Part shown: positions 1-8,515 of the stretch, in pieces
Position numbering within the stretch: position 1 is the first letter of the stretch
Layout: each line of letters begins with the position of its first letter
Assembly: GCA_002364085.1 (NCBI GenBank)
Contig: DEXK01000008.1
Coordinates: 29,786 to 93,785 of the forward strand
DNA: 64,000 bases
Reading direction: 5' to 3'
DNA from: Balneolaceae bacterium UBA3186
GTDB taxonomy: Bacteria > Bacteroidota > Rhodothermia > Balneolales > Balneolaceae
The notes under the pieces: generated by a model
Told to the model about the DNA's origin: nothing
Database searches by the model: none
Seen by the model: the letters and a program-made list of their open reading frames with translations, nothing else
Made by a program: the position numbers and the translations under genes

Positions 1-674
1 ATGTCATGATGGCCGGAAAAGTTGCTGTAGTTGCCGGATACGGAGATGTTGGAAAGGGAACTGCTGCTTCATTGAGAGGAGCCGGTGCTCGTGTTATCGT
101 AACTGAAATTGATCCGATCTGTGCGTTACAAGCGGCAATGGATGGTTTTGAAGTTAAGACTATGGATGAAGCTGCTAAACGTGCTGACATCGTTGTTACT
201 GCAACCGGAAACAAGGACATCGTTAAAGGACGCCACTTTGAGAGCATGAAAGATAAAGTGATCGTTGGAAACATTGGTCATTTTGACAATGAAATTGACG
301 TAGCATGGTTAAAAGCGAATTCTGAAGAAGAGAACATTAAACCACAGGTTGATATTTTCACTCTGAAATCAGGTAAGCAAGTGGTACTTCTTTCACAAGG
401 AAGATTGATGAATCTTGGTAATGCAACCGGACATCCATCTTTTGTAATGAGTAACAGTTTCACCAATCAGACGCTTGCTCAGATCGCACTTTGGAACAGA
501 CCCGAAGAATTTGAGCCGGGTGTTCACGTACTTCCAAAGTCTTTAGATGAAAAAGTAGCACGACTTCATTTATCAAAGATCGGTGTAGAACTTGAGACTC
601 TTACTGAAGATCAAGCTGAGTACATTGGTGTTCCTATTACAGGACCTTACAAGTCAGATCAGTACAGATATTGA
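1..674 (+). CDS. ahcY: Adenosylhomocysteinase, C-terminal part (truncated by window start)
   Basis: NAD-binding [41 protein letters not shown] and C-terminal [10 protein letters not shown] motifs; frame is open back to the window edge. Confidence 0.97.
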   Translation, partial: VMMAGKVAVVAGYGDVGKGTAASLRGAGARVIVTEIDPICALQAAMDGFEVKTMDEAAKRADIVVTATGNKDIVKGRHFESMKDKVIVGNIGHFDNEIDVAWLKANSEEENIKPQVDIFTLKSGKQVVLLSQGRLMNLGNATGHPSFVMSNSFTNQTLAQIALWNRPEEFEPGVHVLPKSLDEKVARLHLSKIGVELETLTEDQAEYIGVPITGPYKSDQYRY

Positions 675-680
675 TAGATT

Positions 681-708
681 AAATATCAAATCTCAAGCAT
701 CAAATTTC
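681..708. repeat. Degenerate 7-bp tandem repeat (AAAnnnC x4)
   Basis: AAATATC AAATCTC AAGCATC AAATTTC between the ahcY stop and its terminator. Confidence 0.55.
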
Positions 709-742
709 AAAGCCTTTCTGTATTTCTCAGAAAGGCTTTTTT
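709..742 (+). terminator. Intrinsic terminator of ahcY
   Basis: Perfect 12-bp stem AAAGCCTTTCTG/CAGAAAGGCTTT, 7-nt loop, followed by T-run. Confidence 0.9.
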
Positions 743-756
743 ATTAGAAAAAACGA

Positions 757-787
757 TTGTGAAGCGTTTCAGAAGTCCTTATCTTTA
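757..787 (+). promoter_or_regulatory. Bacteroidota-type housekeeping promoter for tRNA-Arg
   Basis: TTG (757-759), 20-nt spacer, TATCTTTA (780-787), close to the TTTG-N19-21-TAnnTTTG consensus, 26 nt upstream of the tRNA. Confidence 0.5.
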
Positions 788-813
788 AGGCTCTCAATTA
801 ATTTTATTGAAAT

Positions 814-887
814 GCACCCGTAGCTCAATTGGATAGAGTACTTGACTACGAATCAAGCGGTTACAGGTTCGACTCCTGTCGGGTGTA
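814..887 (+). tRNA. tRNA-Arg (anticodon ACG), CCA not encoded
   Basis: Cloverleaf: acceptor GCACCCG/CGGGTGT, D-arm AGCTCAATTGGATAGAGT, anticodon arm CTTGA-CTACGAA-TCAAG, T-loop GGTTCGACTCC. Confidence 0.97.
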
Positions 888-896
888 CACCTAAAT

Positions 897-938
897 AAGC
901 CCAAAACGCGTCTTTCACAGCGCTGAGGGCTTTTTTTT
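897..938. terminator. Imperfect terminator between convergent tRNA-Arg and YwaF-family gene
   Basis: AAGCCC/GGGCTT outer stem, GCG/CGC inner pairs, T8 tail. Confidence 0.55.
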
Positions 939-939
939 A

Positions 940-1659
940 TTACAATTCTATCGCTCTGCTTGTCTTCTTAACCATCCTAAACACTCCCCAAACCATCAGC
1001 GACCAAACAATGATGATCACTTCCAGCACCAGAATATAGACCGGCCATTCAGGAAGCAAGCTAAAGAAAGTAGTTCCGGGTGGCTTACCCATCACATACA
1101 GATAATTGCTGCCTAAGATAAGATTTAAAAAATAGATCACTCCTGCTACCACATTCAGAGCTATAAATGATCTTCCCACATCTTTCAGCTCCAGATCCCA
1201 TCCCCAGACGATAGCGGGATAAAGTCCCAATAAAACCAACATCAAATGAACCATCCAATACCGAATGGCATCATAATGAAATAGCGAAAACTCTACAGAA
1301 GGAGTGAAATTGGCTTGTGAAACTCCCAATATGATCCAGAAAAAGATCGTAGCCCAAACGGTTCTGTTTTTAGTTGCATACACCCAGATCATGATCATGG
1401 GCAGGAAATTGCACATGTGTAGAGGGATATCTTTAGTGACATCAAAAACACCTGTATAATGATTCAGAGGAATCTTGCCCAATTGCAGAACTGTAAGAAA
1501 CAGAGCCAGAAGAAGTAGTGTCTTTTGCTGAATAGATTCAGGTTTTACTTTCAGAAACCGAATAAACCACACAAAGAAAACTACAAATCCGATCAGCAAG
1601 AATATATGTTCAGCTGAATATGAAGAAAACAGATGGGTGATTTCAAAAAAAGAATTCAA
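940..1659 (-). CDS. TIGR02206/YwaF-family integral membrane protein
   Basis: Multiple hydrophobic helices; IPLHMCNFLP, YWMVHLML and NYLYVMGKPPGTTFFSLLPEWPVY motifs typical of YwaF. Confidence 0.8.
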   Translation of the reverse strand: MNSFFEITHLFSSYSAEHIFLLIGFVVFFVWFIRFLKVKPESIQQKTLLLLALFLTVLQLGKIPLNHYTGVFDVTKDIPLHMCNFLPMIMIWVYATKNRTVWATIFFWIILGVSQANFTPSVEFSLFHYDAIRYWMVHLMLVLLGLYPAIVWGWDLELKDVGRSFIALNVVAGVIYFLNLILGSNYLYVMGKPPGTTFFSLLPEWPVYILVLEVIIIVWSLMVWGVFRMVKKTSRAIEL

Positions 1660-1803
1660 TATGCTGATGCAGTTAGTTCGATTGAAAGGTATCTACTTGA
1701 TATCTACCACAAAATAAATGAAAAGTAACTAGTTATAAAACCATTCTTTCAGGAGTAAAAAAAAACAAAAAAATATTTTTCGTTGGGCTTTAAAACTAGT
1801 TGA

Positions 1804-1860
1804 AATGATCAAAATTCTTCGTACCATTATTTAATGATCAAAATTAAAACAGTTTGATCA
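1804..1860. promoter_or_regulatory. Candidate operator: AATGATCAAAATT direct repeat plus TGATCAAA/TTTGATCA inverted repeat
   Basis: 13-bp exact direct repeat at 1804-1816 and 1833-1845; inverted pair 1835-1842/1853-1860; overlaps a possible TTG(1800)-N19-TACCATTA(1822) promoter. Confidence 0.35.
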
Positions 1861-1922
1861 TGGGTTACGGTTTCGCCAAAACAGGCGAGAGAACATAACC
1901 AAAATTTCCAATGGATAAAGCA

Positions 1923-2030
1923 ATGGCTAATAAATTTAAACAGCCTGCTGTCAACCAAACTAAACCTTCAGCTAAGAATGCAGCTCCTGCGAAGAAAGTT
2001 GGTCAAGCAAAGAAAAGTGGCCGTAAATAA
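1923..2030 (+). CDS. Unannotated 35-aa basic Lys/Ala-rich small protein (MANKFKQPAVNQTKPSAKNAAPAKKVGQAKKSGRK); alternative in-frame ATG at 1911
   Basis: ATG 1923 to TAA 2028-2030, followed 21 nt later by a strong terminator; below the length cutoff of the supplied ORF track. Confidence 0.6.
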   Translation: MANKFKQPAVNQTKPSAKNAAPAKKVGQAKKSGRK

Positions 2031-2051
2031 TTTAGACTAAATTTTTTACAT

Positions 2052-2086
2052 AAAGCCGGTTCGTAAATAAGAATCGGCTTTTTTTT
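2052..2086 (+). terminator. Intrinsic terminator after the small ORF
   Basis: AAAGCCGGTTC/GAATCGGCTTT 11-bp stem (one G-U) with T8 run. Confidence 0.85.
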
Positions 2087-2142
2087 GGCCTTAAATTGTA
2101 TGTGCGAATTTAAATTATATAGTATCTTATTTAAAAAACAGC

Positions 2143-2766
2143 ATGTATACTCCCTCTTCCTTTAAAGAAGAAAATCCTGAAATTCTATTCCACCTGATAG
2201 AAGAATATAATTTCGGAATTCTGTTCAGCCAACATCAAGAGCGCCCGGAAGCAACCCATCTACCTTTTTTAGTACACAGAGAAAAAGGTCCTCAGGGAAG
2301 CTTAATTGCTCATTTTGCAAAAGCTAACAAACACTGGAAAAGTTTTGATGAAAGCAAAGAAGTGTTAGCTGTATTTCAAGGACCACACACTTACATCTCT
2401 CCTGCATGGTATAAAAACAGAGCTGAAGTTCCAACCTGGAATTATGCTACTGTACATGTAATCGGGAAGCCTAAGATTGTTACCGACCCAGGCGATTTAA
2501 CCGAAATGGTTACCGAACTTACTCATTTTCATGAAAAGCCGGAACATTCCGATTGGAAGCTTGATGAAGTCCCTAAAAAAGAATTTGATACAGACCTAAA
2601 AGCAATCGTTGGATTAGTGATAGAGATCACGAAAATAGAAGGGAAATTTAAATTCAATCAAAATAAATCAACTGAAGATCAACAAAGCGTGATCAATAAG
2701 ATGGATAGTTTGGGGCGTACAGATATCAGCTCAATAATGAAGAATAATCTTCACTCAAAGAAATAA
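2143..2766 (+). CDS. FMN-binding negative transcriptional regulator (PaiB family)
   Basis: MYTP..F start, ATHLPF, LIAHFAKANKHW, FQGPHTYISPAWY, VPTWNYATVH, KFKFNQNK motifs. Confidence 0.92.
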   Translation: MYTPSSFKEENPEILFHLIEEYNFGILFSQHQERPEATHLPFLVHREKGPQGSLIAHFAKANKHWKSFDESKEVLAVFQGPHTYISPAWYKNRAEVPTWNYATVHVIGKPKIVTDPGDLTEMVTELTHFHEKPEHSDWKLDEVPKKEFDTDLKAIVGLVIEITKIEGKFKFNQNKSTEDQQSVINKMDSLGRTDISSIMKNNLHSKK

Positions 2767-2772
2767 CTAGCT

Positions 2773-4602
2773 TTATTTATTTTTATCAATATCCGAGAGT
2801 TTTCTTCTTAACTCAACCGGATTAAAAGGTTTGGTTACAAAGTCATTCATTCCTACTGAATATACTTTTTCTTTCACATCACTTAGTGCTGCTGCTGTTA
2901 ATGCGATTATCGGCACATCTTTTTTTGAAGTATCTTCCATATTCCGAATAAAGGTTGCCGCTTCATATCCATCCATTTCCGGCATTTCAAGATCCATAAG
3001 AATTAAATCGAAATCGGAATTTTTCAACTCTTCAATTGCTTCCAGTCCATTGCCTACTATAGTGGCATTAACACCCCATTTTTTCAGAAAACTTTCCATA
3101 ACTTTCTGGTTTACCAGATTGTCTTCTGCAACAATTACTTTTAAGCCTGAGATTTCCTCTTCTTTTATTTCCACTCTACCTGCGTCTGTATTTTCTTTGT
3201 TTTCCGGTTTTTCAAAAGTTAGTACTACATTGAATTCACTACCTTTATTGATAGTACTTTTTACTGCAATAGTGCCATTTTGTAGCTCAACCAACCTTTT
3301 ACTAATACTTAAACCTAAGCCTGTTCCTCCATAAAGCCTTTTCGTTTTTTTGTCAGCTTGTACAAAACTTTCAAAAATCGAACCTAACCTGGATTCTTCA
3401 ATCCCAATTCCGGTATCTGAAACCTTGAACTCAACATCTACTTTTTTATTTTTTTCTGCAACACATTGTACAAATATTTTCACATGCCCTTTTTCGGTAA
3501 ATTTTAGAGCGTTACTTACAAGATTGTTTAATATCTGAATCAATTTAACGGGATCACCTGTTAAGTACTTTGGTAAGTTTTCTCCCAGTTCTGTAATTAA
3601 CTCAACTTTTTTATTTTGAGCTGTGCTTCTGAATGTTTCTGATATAGTGCTTATAAGCCCCTTTAATTCAAAGTCTGTTTTTTCAAACTCCATCTTACCG
3701 GCATCTATTTTGGAGAAATCAAGTATATCATCTATCAAAGAAAGCAATATTTTTGCGGAAAAATCTACAATATTAATTGATTCAAGCTGATCTTCACGAG
3801 GGTTATCTTCTTTTAGAAAATGAGTCATCCCCAAAATAGCATTCATTGGTGTTCTGATCTCATGACTCATAGTTGCCAAAAAGTCTGACTTTGCAGTTGA
3901 GCTTTTTTTAAGCTTTTCACTAGTCAATTCCAGCTTTTCGATATAATCCTGAAGCTCTTCTTGTTTTAAGCTCAATTGTTTGTTCAGCTCTTTCTCTTTT
4001 TCTAAAAACTCCCTGTTAATTTGCTCTGCTCTTTCTTTAGATTCCGAAAAGGTATTGAATATAATCCACGTGGTTACAAATGCCGCAGATATTACTCCCC
4101 ATCGCACATAATCAATAGAGTCTGGACTCAGTGTAATTCTATCTATTGCAATAAAATCAATGATGAAATATGAAATTACAGAAAGAAATATTGATATGTT
4201 TCTAATCCTTGTTTTTTTCGCATCAAAAAGAAGAATTGACAAACCCATTGCAGGGATAAGGAAATACTGAATCTCTGCTTGTCCGTCAAAAATGGAACTG
4301 AGTATTATAATTGCAATATCTACATATAAAATGAGGAGAAACTTCGCTATTACCTCAAATCCTTGCCTGGATAGAATTGGAATTAAACAAAGTGCGATAA
4401 TCTCAGAAATAAAGAACCACGAAACAGACATCGACTCATCCAAAGCAAAGATCAAAAAAAATACAGTGCAAGTCAGGGCTATTGAATAGGAAACGATATC
4501 AAGAACAGGCAAGCCAAAAAGTCCTTTATTTTCATAAAGTTCTTTGTTCTGGACGGCTGAAGATGGAGCTGCAATACCTGTAAGAGAAAAGTTATTTGTC
4601 AT
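2773..4602 (-). CDS. Membrane-bound hybrid sensor histidine kinase/response regulator
   Basis: About 5 N-terminal TM helices, coiled coil, H-box FLATMSHEIRTPMNAILG, N-box QILNNLVSNALKFT, G-boxes DTGIGI and GGTGLGLSI, REC domain with ILMDLEMPEMDG. Confidence 0.95.
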   Translation of the reverse strand: MTNNFSLTGIAAPSSAVQNKELYENKGLFGLPVLDIVSYSIALTCTVFFLIFALDESMSVSWFFISEIIALCLIPILSRQGFEVIAKFLLILYVDIAIIILSSIFDGQAEIQYFLIPAMGLSILLFDAKKTRIRNISIFLSVISYFIIDFIAIDRITLSPDSIDYVRWGVISAAFVTTWIIFNTFSESKERAEQINREFLEKEKELNKQLSLKQEELQDYIEKLELTSEKLKKSSTAKSDFLATMSHEIRTPMNAILGMTHFLKEDNPREDQLESINIVDFSAKILLSLIDDILDFSKIDAGKMEFEKTDFELKGLISTISETFRSTAQNKKVELITELGENLPKYLTGDPVKLIQILNNLVSNALKFTEKGHVKIFVQCVAEKNKKVDVEFKVSDTGIGIEESRLGSIFESFVQADKKTKRLYGGTGLGLSISKRLVELQNGTIAVKSTINKGSEFNVVLTFEKPENKENTDAGRVEIKEEEISGLKVIVAEDNLVNQKVMESFLKKWGVNATIVGNGLEAIEELKNSDFDLILMDLEMPEMDGYEAATFIRNMEDTSKKDVPIIALTAAALSDVKEKVYSVGMNDFVTKPFNPVELRRKLSDIDKNK

Positions 4603-4644
4603 ACTTCTAATATAATATTAAGTACGGCAATTATTTCCTATTGG

Positions 4645-5073
4645 TCAAGAAGCTTGCAACTTAGATTTATACGCCATAGCATAGATCTTCATTTGTTTTA
4701 TCATCGAAGCAAGCCCATTTGCCCGCGTGGGAGACAGGTGTTGTTGCATGCCAATTTTTGAAATGAAATCAGGATTTGTACTCAAAATATCTTCCGGTTC
4801 TTGGTTGGAATACAACCGAACTACCAAAGAAACTAATCCTTTTGTTATGGCGGCATCACTATCTGCCTTAAATATTATTCTTTCTCCTTCCAGATAAGCC
4901 TTTAGCCAAACCTGACTTTGGCAACCTTTTACCAAATTGTCCTCAGTCCTATCTTCATCGGGCAAAGGCTCAAGCCTGTCTCCATGCTTGATAATATATT
5001 TGTATCGTTCGGTCCAGTCTTCAAAGAGACCAAATTCCTTAACTATTCTTTCTTGTACTTCCTGTATATCCAT
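4645..5073 (-). CDS. sufE: SufE-family Fe-S cluster sulfur-transfer protein
   Basis: W.ERYKYII, VKGCQSQVW with catalytic Cys, ADSDAAITKGL, HLSPTRANGL. Confidence 0.95.
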   Translation of the reverse strand: MDIQEVQERIVKEFGLFEDWTERYKYIIKHGDRLEPLPDEDRTEDNLVKGCQSQVWLKAYLEGERIIFKADSDAAITKGLVSLVVRLYSNQEPEDILSTNPDFISKIGMQQHLSPTRANGLASMIKQMKIYAMAYKSKLQAS

Positions 5074-5113
5074 AACGAAAGATAATGAAAGCAGAGCTTA
5101 AAAATGACGAATC

Positions 5114-6373
5114 TTAATCAATTCCTAATTCTATAAGAGCAACTGATTTTACCGCATCCACTTTGTTCTGTTTTTCATTAATAATAGGCTTGAAAGACTG
5201 TATCATGGATATGGTGCCATCATTTTTACCAATATATTCACATTTTTCGGAGCATCGTTTTCCGCCAAATGCTTTATCTAAACTTTGTTTTATAAGATCG
5301 ATAGTTTTTTTAGAAACTACTGATTCTATACCTTGATCCAGGATAGCTTCCTGGGAAAGTCCTGTAATGGCTTTATAAGATTCCGATACATAGCTGCAAT
5401 AGATTTCGCCATTTTCATCTTTCTTGAATTTCATCACAAATTCTTCATGGCTATCGAGTAAGTCTTCTATGTTCCCTGTCTTTTTCTTCAGTGTTTCAAT
5501 TACTCTGTTTCTTAATGATACATTGTCAAAATGCACACGAACTATAGTTTGATCGCTACTTACGAAAGAATGTATATCCGCTTCTAGCATCAATTTTTGA
5601 TCTCCGGAACTTAAAAACTCCCAGGTATATCTTTCTTCTGTTACTTTTGATGAATCAAAATCATCGAAAATATCTTTTACGGATTCTTTATCATTTTCTG
5701 ATACCAGATCCCACACTTTCACCTCTTTTAATTCATCAACATCCAGCTTTAGTATTTCACGAAATGATTTATTACTTGAAATAATATTTCCCTGTACGTC
5801 CAGATCTGCAAAAGTACGCTTTGAATTTTCTTCCAGTTCTTCAAAATCTATTGTAGCATCAAAAAGTACTTTACTTGTTTCCTGACGCTCTGTGATATCT
5901 CTTTGATATGAAACCCAATGTGTTATTTCGTCTTCTGAGTTGGTTAATGGGTGAATATCCCATTGATTAATAAATTCAGATCCGTCTTTTCTGTAGTTTA
6001 CGGTATGTCCAAAAAATGCCTGACCGTCAATTAATCTTTTCTTTAAGCGGTCTAAAACATGTCTGTCAGTCTTTTCTCCCTGTAAAATACGTGGTGTTTT
6101 TCCAATCACTTCCTCACGTGAATACCCCGTCATTTTAGTAAATCCGTCATTTACATATACAATTCGCGGCCCCGGGCTTTCTAAACTTAATTCTGTTATT
6201 AAGATAGAATCATAATCATGCTTAGTGGCATTTTCCAATAGCTTAAGATGAGAGGATGTTGTCTCATATTTTTTGAAAATCTTAGCAAAAAGCTCCTCCA
6301 ATTTCAATTTCGAGGATTCATCTTTGCTGCATGAACGTATCAACTCGAAAATTTCGGGATCAATCTTATTCAT
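5114..6373 (-). CDS. Cytoplasmic multi-PAS protein; first PAS is LOV-like but lacks the photoactive Cys; no output domain
   Basis: IVYVNDGFTKMTGYSREEVIGKTPRILQG, NYRKDGSEFIN and WVSYQRDIT, followed by two more PAS-like segments; no kinase, GGDEF or HTH motif. Confidence 0.85.
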   Translation of the reverse strand: MNKIDPEIFELIRSCSKDESSKLKLEELFAKIFKKYETTSSHLKLLENATKHDYDSILITELSLESPGPRIVYVNDGFTKMTGYSREEVIGKTPRILQGEKTDRHVLDRLKKRLIDGQAFFGHTVNYRKDGSEFINQWDIHPLTNSEDEITHWVSYQRDITERQETSKVLFDATIDFEELEENSKRTFADLDVQGNIISSNKSFREILKLDVDELKEVKVWDLVSENDKESVKDIFDDFDSSKVTEERYTWEFLSSGDQKLMLEADIHSFVSSDQTIVRVHFDNVSLRNRVIETLKKKTGNIEDLLDSHEEFVMKFKKDENGEIYCSYVSESYKAITGLSQEAILDQGIESVVSKKTIDLIKQSLDKAFGGKRCSEKCEYIGKNDGTISMIQSFKPIINEKQNKVDAVKSVALIELGID

Positions 6374-6488
6374 TGTATAAAATTAGTGTAGAGTACATTT
6401 AGGTTAATAACTAATGAATAGTTTTCATCATTCCATTTTGGGATAAAAAACTTTACCTTCTACTATCTAAGTAGTATAAATAAATGTT

Positions 6489-7226
6489 ATGCGAAAAAAA
6501 CTGTTTTTCTACTCCCTATTCATTTCTTTAATCGGTTGTTCAATAATCAAACCTAGTGAAAAAAAACCGTTTAAACCACAAATGGTGAAGATTAAGGGTG
6601 GAATTTTCAATTTTGGAGATTTTTACGAAGGTACTAATACAGATGCCATTCCTGTTCATGAAGTTTTTGTTGAAGACTTTAAAATCAGTAAATATGAAAT
6701 TACGTATGCTCAGTTTGATTTTTTTTCAGAAAAGAATGATCTCGAAAAACCAAAATCTGATATAGAAAAAAGAGGGAATAGAGCGGTAGCCTATGTGACT
6801 TGGGATGAGGCTAAAGCTTTTTGCAATTATTTCGATCTTCGATTACCTACGGAAGTGGAGTGGGAGTATGCTGCACGATCTGGAGGCAAAAAACAAGTTG
6901 TTTCAGGTTCTACCAATCTAGATTCAATTTATGTTGTTGCATTAACAAAAGATGAAGATCGAAGAGAATCAGGTGTAGTAGGAACCAAGCAACCTAATGA
7001 TTTAGGAATTTACGACATGAGCGGTAATGTATTTGAATGGATCGGTGAGTACTACCAATTCTATTCTATGCCGGAAAGAAGACACAGCCTTGATGAGGAC
7101 GCAGTGAGAATTATCAGTGGTGGGAGCTATTACGAAAATATGTTAGCAAACCGGACTTATTGGAGAACCGGGACTCTCAGAGATGTCCGCTCTGAGGATA
7201 TAGGTTTCAGATGCGCTGAAGATTAG
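6489..7226 (+). CDS. SUMF1/FGE-sulfatase-domain lipoprotein
   Basis: Lipobox LIGC; RLPTEVEWEYAAR, PNDLGIYDMSGNVFEW and IGFRC motifs. Confidence 0.88.
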   Translation: MRKKLFFYSLFISLIGCSIIKPSEKKPFKPQMVKIKGGIFNFGDFYEGTNTDAIPVHEVFVEDFKISKYEITYAQFDFFSEKNDLEKPKSDIEKRGNRAVAYVTWDEAKAFCNYFDLRLPTEVEWEYAARSGGKKQVVSGSTNLDSIYVVALTKDEDRRESGVVGTKQPNDLGIYDMSGNVFEWIGEYYQFYSMPERRHSLDEDAVRIISGGSYYENMLANRTYWRTGTLRDVRSEDIGFRCAED

Positions 7227-7236
7227 TTTTTGAAAT

Positions 7237-7261
7237 AAAAAAGGGAGCCGAAGCTCCCTTT
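7237..7261. terminator. Terminator between convergent genes (U-tract on minus strand)
   Basis: AAAGGGAGC-CGAA-GCTCCCTTT perfect stem with A-run on the left. Confidence 0.85.
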
Positions 7262-7271
7262 CCTCACTCAC

Positions 7272-8435
7272 TCATCGAAGTAGCAACTTAGCTATAGTCA
7301 TAAGTTGCATGTTCGTGGTTCCTTCATAGATCTTTCCAATTTTAGCATCACGATAGAATTTTTCCACTGGATACTCCTTTACGAAGCCATTTCCACCGTA
7401 AAGATCTACTGCCATAGAAGCTACTCTTTCAGCAACTTCTGACGAATAAAATTTTGCCATTGCCGCTTCTTTCAAAAAAGGTTGTCCGGCCATTTTCATT
7501 CTTGCAGCATTGTATACTAGTAATCGAGCTGTTTCAATATCTGTAGCCATTCGTGCCAACTGAAATTGAACACCCTGGAATTCTGAAATGGCTTTACCAA
7601 ATTGTTTCCGCTCTTGTATGTATCCTAAAGCTGCATCAAATGCTCCTTGTGCAATTCCGACCATCTGAGCTCCGATTCCAATCCTGCCTTCATTCAGAGT
7701 TTCAATTGCAACTTTATATCCTTTACCGAATTCCCCAAGGATATTTTCTTTAGGTACTCGGCAATCTTCCAATAAGATCTCGCAAGTTGAACTTGCTCGT
7801 ATCCCTAATTTATTCTCTTTTTTAGAAACTGAAAATCCTTCAAAACCTCTTTCTACTACAAAAGCTGTAATTCCTTTATACCCTGCTTCTGGGTTTGCGT
7901 TTGCAAGTACAATAAATATATCTGCTTCGTTCGCATTGGTGATCCATAACTTAGCACCGTTCAATATGTAAGAATCTCCATCTTCTTTAGCTTTACATTT
8001 AAGTGCAAAAGCATCACTTCCTGATCCTGCTTCTGATAAGCAATAAGCTCCAACTTTCTCAGTAGCTAACTGGGGCAAGTACTTTTCTTTTAAAAAATCT
8101 GATGCATAGTTTACAAAAGCATTGTTTACCAATGTATTTTGTACATCCATAAACACCCCGGCTGAACCATCCACTCTTGAAATTTGTTCGATAGCAACCA
8201 CAGACATCATAAAAGTTCCGCCACCACCATTGTACTTCTCAGGAATATCAATACCCATTAATCCCATTTCAAAAAATTCTTTAATCAGACCCGAATCTAA
8301 TTTTGCATTTTCGTCCATTTCCTCGACAAGTGGCTTTATTGAAGCTTGAGCAAAATCAGCTGCTGCGTCTTTTAATAATTGCTCATCTTCAGTCAAGGTG
8401 GTAAGTGGGGGTACCAATAGTTCTGTTTCTTCCAT
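7272..8435 (-). CDS. Acyl-CoA dehydrogenase (short/branched-chain type)
   Basis: YCLSEAGSGSDA, LNGAKLWITN, KLGIRASSTCE, LNEGRIGI, FQGVQFQLA and KIYEGTTNMQ motifs. Confidence 0.95.
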   Translation of the reverse strand: MEETELLVPPLTTLTEDEQLLKDAAADFAQASIKPLVEEMDENAKLDSGLIKEFFEMGLMGIDIPEKYNGGGGTFMMSVVAIEQISRVDGSAGVFMDVQNTLVNNAFVNYASDFLKEKYLPQLATEKVGAYCLSEAGSGSDAFALKCKAKEDGDSYILNGAKLWITNANEADIFIVLANANPEAGYKGITAFVVERGFEGFSVSKKENKLGIRASSTCEILLEDCRVPKENILGEFGKGYKVAIETLNEGRIGIGAQMVGIAQGAFDAALGYIQERKQFGKAISEFQGVQFQLARMATDIETARLLVYNAARMKMAGQPFLKEAAMAKFYSSEVAERVASMAVDLYGGNGFVKEYPVEKFYRDAKIGKIYEGTTNMQLMTIAKLLLR

Positions 8436-8515
8436 TAAAAATAGTCGTCTTTTGAGTTGTGAGAATTATAATATACGAATTGTAAGCGCTTTTCTGCTAC
8501 TCTTTTTTGGCTTTA

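Noticed and set aside
814-2143. Possible integrative element at tRNA-Arg or tRNA-Val
   Set aside because: No integrase and no duplicated tRNA 3' end (attR) noticed in the window.
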